Positions 40,077 to 51,373 of a stretch of 64,000 nucleotides of DNA are shown here, piece after piece. Source of the stretch: Bdellovibrionota bacterium. Its GTDB lineage: Bacteria > Bdellovibrionota_C > UBA2361 > CALJRW01. The notes below the pieces were generated by a model, which was not told the DNA's origin, ran no database searches, and worked only from the letters and a program-made list of their open reading frames with translations. Every line of letters begins with the position of its first letter. Position 1 is the first letter of the stretch. The DNA is taken from NCBI GenBank assembly GCA_041740355.1, contig JBGSMD010000016.1, positions 1-64,000 of the forward strand, given 5' to 3'. The position numbers were made by a program, and so were the translations under genes.

Positions 40077-40523
40077 CTACTGATTCGTTAAGTATGGAAA
40101 GAGAAATACGTTAACTTCACTTTGAGCTAATCCTAGCTCAACATCAAGATTTGCTTCTCTAAGTTGTCCAAGTCCTCGCCCATTATTTCGAGGATCGCTA
40201 TCAAGCATAGCAATATAGATTTTCTTGGGATGCACTTTAATTAGGCGCTCAGTGCAGGCCGGAGTTCTTCCAAAGAAAGAACAAGGTTCTAACGTCACAT
40301 AGAGTTCACACTCGGCCAGTTTATATTTGCAATTATCAATTGCCATAATCTCAGCGTGTCTTTCTCCAGGCTCTTGAGTATAGCCTGAGGCGACAATCTT
40401 ATCTTGATAAGTAATTACACAACCAACCGGAGGATTCGGGCGGCATTTAGGAAGAGCTTGTTTGCTAATTGCTAGTGCTTCTAGCATAAATTCTTTTGGT
40501 TTCATGCTTTTTTCTTGAACCAA
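40077..40523 (-). CDS. Riboflavin biosynthesis deaminase (stand-alone RibD N-domain)
   Basis: PNPPVGCVI, HAE, YVTLEPC....TPAC, D.DP. Confidence 0.9.
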   Translation of the reverse strand: MVQEKSMKPKEFMLEALAISKQALPKCRPNPPVGCVITYQDKIVASGYTQEPGERHAEIMAIDNCKYKLAECELYVTLEPCSFFGRTPACTERLIKVHPKKIYIAMLDSDPRNNGRGLGQLREANLDVELGLAQSEVNVFLFPYLTNQ

Positions 40524-41170
40524 TTAATTGTTGTTGTACCAAGTTGTTCTGATTTAAATTCTTTTAGGGATAGCAATTTGGTAATGTTAAATCTGGGTGC
40601 AGAAATCGGGAGTGGACCTAATGTAATTGGGGCAATTGCCAGTCTAAGTTGATCAAATAGTTCTAAATTTATTAGCTGATTAATTAAATTGGCACCTCCT
40701 TCTACTAATAGCTGATTAATACCGAGAGCTTTTAATTGCTTCATTAACTCTGGTAGTGAACTGGGTAGTGGGAGTATTTTAACTCCGAAAACAGGATTTG
40801 GTATTTTTAATTGATCACAGAAAATAATAGTAGGAGCTTCTCCCGAGAAAATCTTTGAGTTTGGAGGCAAAATCCCCGAGGCACTAATTACTATTCGCCA
40901 AGGCTGATTTGTTAAGTTGTTTTGAATTCGTTGACTTATGTACTCAGCATTTTTAATTAAGAGTCGTGGATCATCTTTACGGATAGTATTGGCGCCTACA
41001 AGGATGGCATCGACTTCTGATCTTAATTGATCAACTGCAAGCTTATCTTCTTCGCTGGAAAGAATTAAACGATCAGTATTCAGATCATCTAAATAACCAT
41101 CAATACTAATAGCCAATTTTAAAATTATTTTGGGATAGTCTGTTCCTGAAAATTCTTCCTGCTTATTCAC
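40502..41170 (-). CDS. Riboflavin biosynthesis reductase (stand-alone RibD C-domain)
   Basis: KLAISIDG, R...DAILVGANT...DDP.L, LLVEGGA. Confidence 0.88.
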   Translation of the reverse strand: MNKQEEFSGTDYPKIILKLAISIDGYLDDLNTDRLILSSEEDKLAVDQLRSEVDAILVGANTIRKDDPRLLIKNAEYISQRIQNNLTNQPWRIVISASGILPPNSKIFSGEAPTIIFCDQLKIPNPVFGVKILPLPSSLPELMKQLKALGINQLLVEGGANLINQLINLELFDQLRLAIAPITLGPLPISAPRFNITKLLSLKEFKSEQLGTTTINWFKKKA

Positions 41171-42392
41171 TGATTAGTTTTAGATTATGGCCAAGTTTAT
41201 CACGTTTAGTTTTCAAGTATTTCAGATTGTGCTTATTGGGTTTAATTTCAATGGGCACATTTTGAACAATCTCTAAGCCATATCCAATTAGACCGATTCT
41301 TTTACGTGGATTATTAGTCAGAAATTTTATTTTGCTAACATTTAGATCTCTTAGGATCTGCGCACCAATACCATAATCACGTTGATCTTTAGAAAACCCA
41401 AGAGCTAAGTTTGCCTCAACTGTATCCATCCCTTCTTCTTGAAGTTGGTAAGCTTTGAGTTTATTGAGCAGGCCAATTCCACGACCCTCTTGGTTCATAT
41501 AAAGTATGACTCCTTTTCCTTGAGTGTTGATCATTTCCATGGCAAAACTTAGTTGATCCCCACAATCACAGCGCAGCGAATGTAAGACATCACCAGTTAC
41601 GCACGATGAATGAACACGAACTAGGACGGGTTCTTCCGTTTGCCACTCACCTTTGGTAAGAGCTAAATGCACATTTGTGGTGTGGTCTTCGGAGTAAGCA
41701 GTCAAATTAAAATCCCCATATTTCGTAGGAAGTTTAATTTGAACTTCCTTCTTAATTAATTTTTCACGGTATAGGCGATATTCAATCAAATCTTTAATTG
41801 AAATTATTTTTAACTTATGAAGTTTGGCGATCTTTAAAAGCTCCGGAAGTCGGGCCATTGTGCCATCTTCATTCATGATCTCTACCAGCACAGCAGCTGG
41901 TTGTAATCCTGCTAATTGAGCTAAATCCACACCTGCTTCTGTATGGCCAGCTCTCCTAAGTACTCCACCAGGTTTTGCTGAAAGGGGAAAGATGTGACCA
42001 GGCCGAGAAAATTGATGAGCTTTAAAATTTGGATTTGCTAATGCTTGAACTGTAGCCGAACGATCCGCAGCCGAAACACCAGTAGTTATACCTGTTGCAA
42101 TTAAGTCCACTGGAACAGTGAAAGGAGTAGCATAGCGACTGGTATTATTATTAACCATTAGTTCTAATCCTAACTCCTGACAGCGAGATTCTGGAAGTGG
42201 GGCACAGATAATACCGCGTCCTTCTTTTGCCATGAAATTAATAATCTCTGGGGTGGCCATTTCAGCAGCGACAACAAAATCACCTTCGTTTTCGCGTGCT
42301 TCATCATCCACCACAATGACTAGTTTTCCAGCTTTAATGTCGTATATTGCATCAGCGATTGAATCAAGCTCAGACTTATTTTTTGTGGCCAT
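41163..42392 (-). CDS. ribBA: Bifunctional DHBP synthase / GTP cyclohydrolase II
   Basis: [23 protein letters not shown]; RVHSSC.TGD...[18 protein letters not shown]. Confidence 0.96.
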   Translation of the reverse strand: MATKNKSELDSIADAIYDIKAGKLVIVVDDEARENEGDFVVAAEMATPEIINFMAKEGRGIICAPLPESRCQELGLELMVNNNTSRYATPFTVPVDLIATGITTGVSAADRSATVQALANPNFKAHQFSRPGHIFPLSAKPGGVLRRAGHTEAGVDLAQLAGLQPAAVLVEIMNEDGTMARLPELLKIAKLHKLKIISIKDLIEYRLYREKLIKKEVQIKLPTKYGDFNLTAYSEDHTTNVHLALTKGEWQTEEPVLVRVHSSCVTGDVLHSLRCDCGDQLSFAMEMINTQGKGVILYMNQEGRGIGLLNKLKAYQLQEEGMDTVEANLALGFSKDQRDYGIGAQILRDLNVSKIKFLTNNPRKRIGLIGYGLEIVQNVPIEIKPNKHNLKYLKTKRDKLGHNLKLISE

Positions 42393-42401
42393 TGTTTTTC
42401 C

Positions 42402-43667
42402 TTAGTTGCTTTCTTTTAATTTGATCTTGACCTCTTGGGGGAGAGCAATCCATTGTTTTTTTATTTCTGTGGTATTTTTTAAGATTACTTGGAAGATCGT
42501 ATCCATGTCCCTTAAGTTTTTACTTTGACCTTGCTCATTAATCACCTTCAGCGACTGATGACTGTCTTCAACAAAGCGATCAACGCTAGAGATTTCTAAT
42601 AGATAATATTCCGGATCATAACCCAAATTCTTCACGGCATTTTTGGCCTCAGCTAAAATTGTTGGGTAATCTTGTGATGAGTCGATTCCAATAGTTTTAA
42701 ATAATCGACGGTTTAAAATTCGATCGGCTAAGTCTTTAACAATGGCGTCCTGACTCTCGGCCCAATGAATTAAATGATATCTCCACCAAGATTCACGCAT
42801 CGCAAAGATCGTCGCAATTGATAAATCAGCGGAAGTTTTAGAATTTAAAACAGCCTCCATAATTGGATCCGCAAAATAAGTTGTCCGATCAACTGACCGT
42901 AGGCGCTTGACTAAGATTGTTAGTAATTTATCCGCAGAAAGTAGTACCCGATGTTGGTAGATTTGCTTGTACATGGCATGACGCGATACAGCAAAGTGCA
43001 TCATGGAATCTAAGCGATTCTCTTCTAAGGCTAAAAAATTATTTTGATCGATTATAATGGAATTAATTATGGCACTGATATTATATTTGCCATAGGAAAC
43101 TCCAGCGAGAATGCTATCGGCAATACACCAATTACCTCGATCAACATTCCAACCACCACCAGAAATAATTTGCCAAGTCCAAGCTGGTAGGCTTGGATCT
43201 TCAGATAAAATCTGACAAACTTGTTTTGATAAGCTTGGACTAACTGCCGATAATATCTTTTGAATTGCTGAATCGGACTCAATTATTTTTAAAGCAATCT
43301 TTTCATGTTGATCTTTTTGGTTAGGATACCAAACTTTAAAGGCTGTGTGGGAACCAGGTGCTAGGTGACCAATATCATGTAAAAGGGAGGCTACGGCTAT
43401 TGCGGGGGCAAAGTCATTTGCTTGAGAAAAATCCCGCGCTAATTTTTTTAGTAAGCGACAAGCTAAGTGGGCGACTCCCAGGCTATGCCCAAACCTAGAA
43501 TGTTCTGAAAACATATAGACTAAACGAGTGTTTCCAGTTTGGCTAATATCTCGCAGTCTTTGAACCCAAGGGGTATCAATTAGTTCTAAAACAAGCTTTT
43601 CAGCCAAGATTTTGGAATCAAACTGTAATTCCTCGGTTACGACATCAGCAAAAGTGATTTTTGACAC
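42402..43667 (-). CDS. HD-domain phosphohydrolase (YdhJ/dNTPase-like)
   Basis: [32 protein letters not shown]. Confidence 0.88.
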   Translation of the reverse strand: MSKITFADVVTEELQFDSKILAEKLVLELIDTPWVQRLRDISQTGNTRLVYMFSEHSRFGHSLGVAHLACRLLKKLARDFSQANDFAPAIAVASLLHDIGHLAPGSHTAFKVWYPNQKDQHEKIALKIIESDSAIQKILSAVSPSLSKQVCQILSEDPSLPAWTWQIISGGGWNVDRGNWCIADSILAGVSYGKYNISAIINSIIIDQNNFLALEENRLDSMMHFAVSRHAMYKQIYQHRVLLSADKLLTILVKRLRSVDRTTYFADPIMEAVLNSKTSADLSIATIFAMRESWWRYHLIHWAESQDAIVKDLADRILNRRLFKTIGIDSSQDYPTILAEAKNAVKNLGYDPEYYLLEISSVDRFVEDSHQSLKVINEQGQSKNLRDMDTIFQVILKNTTEIKKQWIALPQEVKIKLKESN

Positions 43668-43959
43668 AAAAAAAGCTTAAAAGATTACTAAAAAGTGACG
43701 ATAGCTAACTGTAAGACAGTTGAGCTAAGAAAAAGAAGATACCGCTTAACCAGAGGATATTTGTGAAGTGAAATTCACTTATTTTTCAGGTTTATTCTGG
43801 ATCCCGAGTTCTTAGCGCAAGTATAGAGTATTTAATGTTAATTTTCAAAATTTCTTAAATCTGGAAGTAAATTGATTAGGTTTATCCATTTTAGGTGACT
43901 AAATTACTTAAGTGATAAAGATTATTATAGCTGAAAGATAAGAATAGAGGTGTTGTTGT

Positions 43960-44454
43960 ATGAATAATTCGAGATTTGATTCCCGTGGTTACGATATTAG
44001 TTATATCCGCAATGACTTAGCTTTTAAGAATTCTCCCGATCGAGATTTAGTCATTGCTCGGAGAACAGCTTTTGTGGCTCGTTTTATAGTCCTTCGAGAG
44101 ACGAAAAATAGCCATGCACATCGTGGAATTGAGCTAATGGAGTGGGATGAATTTACCACAGCAGAAGAACTAGCGGAACAGTTTCGAGCGGCCTTTTTAA
44201 AGAATCAGGATAATATTAAGCAGGTAGACCGAGATTTAAAGCGTTCTTTAGCTCATGGAAATAGAACCTTACAGTATTTTATAGCAGAGTATGTCAAAAG
44301 ATCTACGCTAAGCTTTGCCGATGCACTGGCTGATTATCATAAATCGAACCAACTTTTATTTGGAGAAGAGGAAAAACCTGCGAGTAGTGCTTGGGCTTCG
44401 GTAGATAGTATCCGTTATCGCAAAGAACAGATAGCAATCAATTCCAAAAAATAA
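43960..44454 (+). CDS. Hypothetical protein
   Basis: 164 aa ORF with a GAGG RBS. Confidence 0.7.
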   Translation: MNNSRFDSRGYDISYIRNDLAFKNSPDRDLVIARRTAFVARFIVLRETKNSHAHRGIELMEWDEFTTAEELAEQFRAAFLKNQDNIKQVDRDLKRSLAHGNRTLQYFIAEYVKRSTLSFADALADYHKSNQLLFGEEEKPASSAWASVDSIRYRKEQIAINSKK

Positions 44455-44494
44455 TCAGTAGTTTAGCTTAAAGCAATTTTTAGATTTATTCTGG

Positions 44495-44986
44495 TTAAGC
44501 TACTAATTGCAAATGTGCAAATTGGTTTCCAACAATTTGTTCAATTTCTTCAATTAATGAGCCAATGGCATAAGCCCAGAGGTATTGACCAGAGCGATTA
44601 CCAGTAATTACTTCAGCAATTGATTCCTTGTCTTCGATTCGATGTTTTAGGAATAAACTCTTACCATCAGTAATTAACATCATATCTACTGGATTAGAGA
44701 TTAATTTTGGCATTCGTTTGCGCAGATAATCAATACCTTCGCGAAAACGATTTACTGGCAAACCTTCAGATTTCATTCTAAAAAGCCAGCAAAGCAAAAT
44801 TAGATCAGAATATGTATATTTATTTCTTCCACGACTACTAGATTGTCCAGTACATGGAACTAGGCTGGTACGAGCATAATAATTTAACAGAGCTAGTCCA
44901 ATTTTTTCTGTATTGCCAGTAAGTGAACGAAGAATTGATTGCACTTCCTTAGCAGTAAATTCTAAATCTCTAATTCTATACTTCAT
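44495..44986 (-). CDS. MerR family HTH transcriptional regulator
   Basis: FTAKEV...LNYYAR..LV.......GR..Y.YSDL..L......K.EGL; start moved to ATG 44986 (AGGAAG RBS). Confidence 0.8.
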   Translation of the reverse strand: MKYRIRDLEFTAKEVQSILRSLTGNTEKIGLALLNYYARTSLVPCTGQSSSRGRNKYTYSDLILLCWLFRMKSEGLPVNRFREGIDYLRKRMPKLISNPVDMMLITDGKSLFLKHRIEDKESIAEVITGNRSGQYLWAYAIGSLIEEIEQIVGNQFAHLQLVA

Positions 44987-45012
44987 GAAACTTCCTAGAA
45001 AATTTTTGCGCC

Positions 45013-45047
45013 TAGATCCAACATTCATTTAGACCCCATTGGATCTA
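45013..45047. promoter_or_regulatory. Inverted repeat, candidate operator upstream of the MerR gene
   Basis: TAGATCCAA-N17-TTGGATCTA. Confidence 0.4.
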
Positions 45048-45483
45048 ATTTGTATTGTAAACGCAGTCTTTTATGAAAAAATGATTTTTCTAATAATCGT
45101 CGTTGAATACTAATCGAACGATATCAGAGCTTTGAACATCTTAGATAAATTAGACATTTCCTTGGTTCCTGTCAATTAGTGAAATACGGCTTCTGCCAGA
45201 TTAATTTTCCTTAATAAACTTTAGTAAACCATAATGAATAAGGTTTAAGTTTCATTTTCCGCTTTTCATTTTGATCAAATGAAAAGAACGGGGATTGAGC
45301 AAAATCCTGACCAAGACAGGTTTTGTAAATTGAGAAATACTACCTAAACCTAAGAAAATCAGCAGTTATTATTTGTTCTGTCTTCATCGGTCGAGACAAA
45401 TTTGCTCGCTACCTCACAGATTTGACTTGGCTAAAACCAAGATCGTGCGCGCCCTCCACAAATTTGATTTGCAAAGGACTTAG

Positions 45484-46202
45484 TTAAAGTTCTGCTTTGT
45501 GACTTAATCTTAAAAAAACAGGGACAGTACTAAACCCAATAATTGAATCAGATAATTTACCTTCTTGATAAAAATAATATTGAGTAGAGCTTCCACCATC
45601 TAGGTTTAGAGCGTCAAAGCAACCAATTTCTGTATCTAAAAGAATATCTTGCAAATCTGTAAAATTAATCACAGCATTCTTCGTGGTGATATAAATAATC
45701 AAGTCACGATTTTGATTTAGGCAGATGCCACTTCTTCTTTCCTCTTTTTCAGAATTTTTCATGGAAAGAATTTTACCATCTGCAAGAATCCTAGGTCCTG
45801 CTTGCAAAGCAAAATCAAGCGATGATAATCGAGCTAGGTTTAATTGATCCCGGTGCTTAATTGCTAAAAAATCATTTTTTTGATTAATACACCAGTTAAA
45901 ACACTTCCTCCCAGGTGCACTTTATTAAGGACGGCGCCTTTTTCTAATATAAGTCCTAGTGGATTAAAATCTGTATCGAAAAAACTAGCATTCATTAGTA
46001 ATTCCGTAGAACTGGGAGGATTATCTGTGGAAAAGGTCGGTAACTTGTTAATAGATAGATCAAATTTCTTTAAGTTGGTTTTATATAGAATTAATTTAGG
46101 GTGTTCAAGCTTCCATAAATCGTCCTCAAGGAGCTTCCATTCAGCAGCTTGTACAATATTGATTTGAAGGGAGAAAAGTATAAGGAGTAAGAAAATCTTC
46201 AC
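45484..46202 (-). pseudogene. Phosphodiester glycosidase (NAGPA/DUF2233) family gene split by a frameshift
   Basis: ORF1 has a signal peptide and NASFF...PLGL; ORF2 has QAGP, RRSGI, ALNLDGGSS; one extra A in the A7 run at 45875-45881 joins them in frame. Confidence 0.8.
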
Positions 46203-46325
46203 TATGACACTATAAATTTAATGATCAAAAGGATCAAGTTATAGTAAAATATATTACTGTCTATTTTATCGATTAGGAAAAGAAATATTTTTCTTTTCTA
46301 AAAAAAATATGGCATAATATGTTTT

Positions 46326-46859
46326 ATGTCTTCTGATACTTTTAAAACAAAATTAGCAAAATTAATCCAAAAAAGTAGAAAGGCAATTAGGATCTATTCA
46401 ACCGTCGGACGAGATTCAATTGGTCGACCAAGTAAACCATATTCTGATATGCAACTTAAAGCATGGTATAATATCAATGAGGAGTTGCTCTTGTTTCTTC
46501 AGGATGTGACTACTAAGCTTCATTTAAGACAAGTAGCAACAGAGACCTTAAAATATGCTCAAAAGCTTTCAGCCCAGTTGCACCCTGAGCAAATTAGGCT
46601 TAATTCTGATCATCGCTTGTTGCTGCATTTTACTGAAGCTGGTGATTTCGTGAATTCTGCGAAATTAAGTCAAGAATTAATTGTTTTAAAAGCTAAGATT
46701 GAAGCAAAAAAGGCTGTTTTAAATGAACTGGAAGATTTATTATCTTCGGCGAATCTAAAACTTCCAGTTACTCATCAAATTAACCAAGATTCCCAGGACT
46801 CATTAAAGATCACAGAATCTAAAATTATCCCTTTTAGAACTAAAAAAATTGGAATATAA
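46326..46859 (+). CDS. Hypothetical helical protein
   Basis: 177 aa ATG-start ORF. Confidence 0.65.
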   Translation: MSSDTFKTKLAKLIQKSRKAIRIYSTVGRDSIGRPSKPYSDMQLKAWYNINEELLLFLQDVTTKLHLRQVATETLKYAQKLSAQLHPEQIRLNSDHRLLLHFTEAGDFVNSAKLSQELIVLKAKIEAKKAVLNELEDLLSSANLKLPVTHQINQDSQDSLKITESKIIPFRTKKIGI

Positions 46860-47067
46860 TCAATTTTTACTACAGTTTTAAACAAGCTTGTAACCAGTTT
46901 AGCCTTTAGCGAATCTCGAAAGAAAAACTAGAAAATTACTCACTGCCATTTGTACAGCTGCGTTTTTGATAAATTTTAATTCGACTATCGTTCTAAATCT
47001 AAACGCTTAGGCCTTGAAGGCCTTTCAGTCTTTGGCAGTTCTCTGAAAAAAATAAGGAATTAAGTTT

Positions 47068-47607
47068 ATGGTGTCCTACGAAGATATAGAAGTAATTTTT
47101 TCTAGAATTACAGAAAAATTTGATGATTCGATTCCAATTGGTGGTCGTTGTGAAAGTAGTGTCTATTATCATACTTCAGATTTATCTGAAGAAGATTTAG
47201 ATTGTTGTGCTGAATATGCGGTTGATCGTATTCGCAAAGTACTAAATACGCAGAATGCTGATGTTTTTCTGAAACTTCCATCTGAACATAGTTTCTTTGC
47301 CGAGCGACTTTACCAGATATATCGAGAGTATCTTCCAAATCCTGACGCACTGATTTTTGATACTTATAGTCCCACAGCCATTACCAATGGGATGGGAGAA
47401 AAGTATCGTGGACGTAATACGATTTTGATTAATGATGTAATTACTACGGCACGTTCTACTTTAGAGGCTCATAGTAAAGCTACCCTTAGGGGGATTCCCG
47501 TACTTTGTTGGGCAACGCTAATCGATCGGACTTTTGGTCCAGGACCCGTACCCGTCGTTTCGGCCTTTACTGGTGCGCCAGTTCGTGTTTTGACTAATAT
47601 TTCTTAG
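47068..47607 (+). CDS. Type I phosphoribosyltransferase-like protein (orotate PRT-like, divergent)
   Basis: PRPP loop ILINDVITTARST and LIDR. Confidence 0.7.
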   Translation: MVSYEDIEVIFSRITEKFDDSIPIGGRCESSVYYHTSDLSEEDLDCCAEYAVDRIRKVLNTQNADVFLKLPSEHSFFAERLYQIYREYLPNPDALIFDTYSPTAITNGMGEKYRGRNTILINDVITTARSTLEAHSKATLRGIPVLCWATLIDRTFGPGPVPVVSAFTGAPVRVLTNIS

Positions 47608-47626
47608 ATTTTGTAATAGCAACAAA

Positions 47627-47792
47627 TATAGTGAGTCCAAAAAATAAATTACTTTAAAAAACTAACGATTTTGCTTGGACTCACTATTTATGTTGTTTTT
47701 AGCTATGCAAACTTGGATAAAACCAAGATTTGCATTAGCCGTAATGACTCTGTTTAATTTACTAACGTAAATTATTTCTTGTCATTACTATA
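47627..47792 (-). mobile_element. TATAGT MITE-like element, subtype 1, insert-free 166 bp reference copy
   Basis: 26 bp imperfect TIRs TATAGTAATGACAAGAAATAATTTAC / TATAGTGAGTCCAAAAAATAAATTAC and three hairpins. Confidence 0.9.
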
Positions 47793-48137
47793 TTTTTAAG
47801 TCATGAAAAATGCTTGTTCTGGCCCTGATAGATTTAGCAAAAATGGGGTGGGGGCGAGAGCTCCAAGTTTGAAAAGAACAAACAAAATTATATAGTAGCG
47901 ACCAAAGGGTTTAACCTCCGAAGCATAAGCGGAGAAGGAGTGAGCCAAAAGACAAAGAGTCAACCCAACAAAAATATAGTTGCGCGCTGGGTTACTAATC
48001 AATCGGGATGCATTGATAGAAGTCAATTAAAATTTGGCGATAGCTCCAAAGCTAGAATGTAATTTTAATGTAATTTATTTTTTGGGTTTACCATACATGG
48101 TCTTAAAATACTGTATTTCTTTTTTGGATTCACAATA

Positions 48138-50075
48138 ATGTCATCTGGCAGTAAAATTATTTCTAAAGCTTCATTATCAAGTGAGGAGATAGTTTTCTGT
48201 GAAGAATTACTAAGTAAACTTGGAATTCAAGGCGCCTTTCTTGGTGCCCTGAAAAGTTTCTACGGAGCGATTAGTCCGGTAATCCTCCAAGGGAAGCAAC
48301 TCAAAGTCTTGAAATTGACGACGCCAATTCCCTCTGCTGAGAAAATACTATTGTCACAATTAGATTCTCGTTATCAAGAATTAAATAAGTTTTATCCAGA
48401 ACAGATTAATCAATTTGGTACCATTGGGAAATATTTTTATTATTTGAGATCTTTTGAACGCAGCACTCTGCCAGATTATTTAGAAGAAATTTCAATTAAA
48501 GTTGCTGAAGCTAATTATTTTGTTACTAAAATTTTAAATTTAATTTTGGATTTAAAGCGGATAAATTTTCCTCATGGGCACATAAGTCTAAATAATTTAA
48601 TTATCGATGAGAAAAATTTGACGTTAGTTGATTTTGGATTTGCCTTTAGCAGTAGTAAAAGTCCCGGTGTTAAATTAACAGAGGGAACTTATTTAGCTCC
48701 CGAGAGTAATCGCACTTTAACGTCTGATTTTGCTACTGATATATATTCATTTGGTAAAATTATTAAGTTTCTATATCGAGGTCTACAGTGTCCGATACCT
48801 TTAGATTTACCCGACCTCATGTGCGATCCGGATCCCCGAAAACGCCCAAGTTTGATTGATGTAAATAATAAGATTACTGAGACTTTTACTCAGAAACGAA
48901 ATCAGACAGAGCACTGGAGTAAATCGGCAATTTTTAATAATGAGCTTGATCCTAGTAAATTGTATAAAGGCTATTTAAGTCCAGCAATTTTAGAACAAAT
49001 TCGGCAAGAATTCGCTAAGAGTATGATTCCGGCTCCTATTGCTCCCGCCATAGTCACTCCGCCAACTCCACCCCCAGTTGTTGCACCTGTAATCCAAAAT
49101 GAATTAGCAAGAATTGAAGTTAAAAAAAATGATCCAAACTTTATTCTTACTGCAATTGCAGTCGGAAGCTTGTTGTTGGTAATTTACGTATGGAGAACGT
49201 CTTCCTCGCCAGAGCCTACTAATGTTAATCCTAACAATCAGCAACAGTTCCAAAATAATAATCTAATCACGACTCCCAACACATTTATACCAGAACCAGT
49301 TAAAATGACCGTTCAGTTTTTGGAGCAAAATAAAATTAATCGACCCCAAGACTATCAGCAGATTTTATCAGATATATATAATGCCAATTATCAAAGTGGT
49401 AAGCTTACAGCCTTTATTAGTCCGATCGAAAATGTAGAGGCACAATTAATTAAAGTGCAGGCGCTAGTTTTGTTAGTGGCCAGTAATCCCAATTTATTGG
49501 ATCTGATTTATCAAGACCTTGAAGCCAATAAGATTTTAGTAAAATATATTCACTGGTTTAAATCAAATACAATATTGGACTGGAGAGAAGTGGCAAATCC
49601 CTTAAAGTTAATGATTCTATCGGGAAATATTCCAGAGACAACTTTACCTTTAGAGTTTTATTTTGATTTAGCAAAGCACTTTAACCCTCAAATCCAAAAA
49701 GCTACTCGTTTGCCACTGAATGCTAAGATTAACGGGGAAGAACAGAAAGAGTTTTATTTAGTTCTGCTGAATCAAATTGATCAATTTGATCGTAATAATT
49801 TAAATTTTCTAACTTTAGCTCTAACTAAAGAAAAGGATTTGCAGTTAGCCTTGATTTCCGAGTGGTTTGATAATACCAAGCCTAAAAATGAATTAGTCTT
49901 TAACTTAGTCCGTGCTCGTAAAAAGCCAGTGGAAGGGCAAGACTATTTTAGTTTTTATGCTGCAAGATATCTACGGGAATACTTGAGTACTTTACCGCTA
50001 GTGGAGTTAGAGAAATTAAAAAATCATCATGAAAAGCAATTGACAATTTTTTACCAAATAAAAAAGGGAGGCTAA
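48138..50075 (+). CDS. Ser/Thr protein kinase-like membrane protein (probable pseudokinase)
   Basis: PHGHISLNN, DFG, YLAPE, DIYSFG, RP; Pro-rich linker, TM helix, large C-terminal domain. Confidence 0.75.
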   Translation: MSSGSKIISKASLSSEEIVFCEELLSKLGIQGAFLGALKSFYGAISPVILQGKQLKVLKLTTPIPSAEKILLSQLDSRYQELNKFYPEQINQFGTIGKYFYYLRSFERSTLPDYLEEISIKVAEANYFVTKILNLILDLKRINFPHGHISLNNLIIDEKNLTLVDFGFAFSSSKSPGVKLTEGTYLAPESNRTLTSDFATDIYSFGKIIKFLYRGLQCPIPLDLPDLMCDPDPRKRPSLIDVNNKITETFTQKRNQTEHWSKSAIFNNELDPSKLYKGYLSPAILEQIRQEFAKSMIPAPIAPAIVTPPTPPPVVAPVIQNELARIEVKKNDPNFILTAIAVGSLLLVIYVWRTSSSPEPTNVNPNNQQQFQNNNLITTPNTFIPEPVKMTVQFLEQNKINRPQDYQQILSDIYNANYQSGKLTAFISPIENVEAQLIKVQALVLLVASNPNLLDLIYQDLEANKILVKYIHWFKSNTILDWREVANPLKLMILSGNIPETTLPLEFYFDLAKHFNPQIQKATRLPLNAKINGEEQKEFYLVLLNQIDQFDRNNLNFLTLALTKEKDLQLALISEWFDNTKPKNELVFNLVRARKKPVEGQDYFSFYAARYLREYLSTLPLVELEKLKNHHEKQLTIFYQIKKGG

Positions 50076-50088
50076 AGCCTCCCTTTTT
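50061..50088. terminator. Bidirectional intrinsic terminator
   Basis: AAAAAGGGAGGC-TAAA-GCCTCCCTTTTT between convergent genes. Confidence 0.85.
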
Positions 50089-50112
50089 GTTTTTACTAGA
50101 ACGTTCCTTATT

Positions 50113-50565
50113 CTAGTTGGCTGGAGCCGTAATGTTAGTATTGGAACTAGTTTCACACTCATCCAGTATTGTAGTACCAAAGAAAGTATTAACTAATGAA
50201 CGTAGGATGAAGGCACCAATAGCCACTGCTAATAATCCTAAGGCAGCTTTATACTGTCCAAAGGCCGCACTGACGATTGCACCAATTCCAGCAATAATCA
50301 TAATTAAGGCACCGAAAGCACCCTCAATGAAATCTAGGATTGCACAAATAATTGCCTTAAATTGTCCTTGTTGAATTTCAAACTTTTTGGTTCCACCATC
50401 ACCAGCAGCAAGAACTAAGTCTGTAACTCCCAAGTTAATCAACATGACACCTAAAAATAGATAACAATACATTTTCGTATTATCACTAGGATTCTTTATA
50501 ATTGCGCCTAGCTTTTGGCTAGTAGCGAGATAATTTTTGTTTAATTTATTAATAATATTTTTCAT
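50113..50565 (-). CDS. TrbC/VirB2/TraA-like conjugative-type pilin
   Basis: Long leader ending VLA/A, then two Gly/Ala-rich TM helices separated by a short basic loop (GQYK); follows traX. Confidence 0.7.
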   Translation of the reverse strand: MKNIINKLNKNYLATSQKLGAIIKNPSDNTKMYCYLFLGVMLINLGVTDLVLAAGDGGTKKFEIQQGQFKAIICAILDFIEGAFGALIMIIAGIGAIVSAAFGQYKAALGLLAVAIGAFILRSLVNTFFGTTILDECETSSNTNITAPAN

Positions 50566-50668
50566 TTTAAATTTACTATGTAAAATTTCGTTAAAGAATC
50601 ATAGTTTTTCTTTAACCCTTAGTTCCTACTCTAAACTTATTGTAAAGATCACTCAATTACTAGAATGA

Positions 50669-51373
50669 TCATTCTATTAACAAATGGATGATCACCAAGA
50701 GTATTAAATGTAAGGGGTAAAAGGCGTAAAAAAAATATTTATAGCGATTTATAAAATCTAATTTCCAAGGTGCTCTCCAGCAAAAATAAAAAATCACTGG
50801 CAAATAAGCAATAATAGCGACAAAGCTTACAAGTGAGTTATTTAAAAAATAACAAGAAATCAGGGTAAAAAGTGCGAAATCCAAGGTGCGATGGACTAAC
50901 AAGCTACTAATGGTTAGTCCAAAGATAATAGCAGGGGCGCCATAATCAAAGTAAAAGGGGACTTGAAATAAACGTAAACCTAAAAATAATAATATGATTA
51001 TAGAAACAATCCAATAGTAGTTCCAGGCAGATCGTTTAATCAGCGCTAAGCTAAAGTGTAATGTTAGTCCTAAAAATCCTAGTGTAAATAAAATATTAAG
51101 TAATAATGGATCATGAAACGCTAAGTAGAAGGGAAGTTGTGAAAGTACCGCAAATATGAATATACGTTTCAGATATTTAAAGGGATTTTTAGAATTATAT
51201 TGAAGATTTAAAACCAACAACAACACAAAGAGTGGCATTGCTATTCGTCCGAATTTTGTTCCGAATGAATCTGGTGAAAGATAAAGTATTTTAGTAACAT
51301 GATCGACGATCATGCTCGCTAGGGCCCAAAGCTTTAGGGCATTAAGATTGAGATTAATTTTCTGCTCTTTCAT
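50669..51373 (-). CDS. traX: TraX family membrane acyltransferase
   Basis: LK..A...M..DH, GRIAMPLF, SQLPF, NILFTL, DYG, FYAFYPLH. Confidence 0.88.
   Translation of the reverse strand: MKEQKINLNLNALKLWALASMIVDHVTKILYLSPDSFGTKFGRIAMPLFVLLLVLNLQYNSKNPFKYLKRIFIFAVLSQLPFYLAFHDPLLLNILFTLGFLGLTLHFSLALIKRSAWNYYWIVSIIILLFLGLRLFQVPFYFDYGAPAIIFGLTISSLLVHRTLDFALFTLISCYFLNNSLVSFVAIIAYLPVIFYFCWRAPWKLDFINRYKYFFYAFYPLHLILLVIIHLLIE

Noticed and set aside
45370-45480. Short AAATTTG-rich palindromic cluster as an ncRNA
   Set aside because: Looks like degraded REP-like sequence; no clear boundaries or second copy
47796-48026. 76 aa minus-strand ORF
   Set aside because: TTG start with no recognisable family; it cannot be supported or excluded from sequence alone
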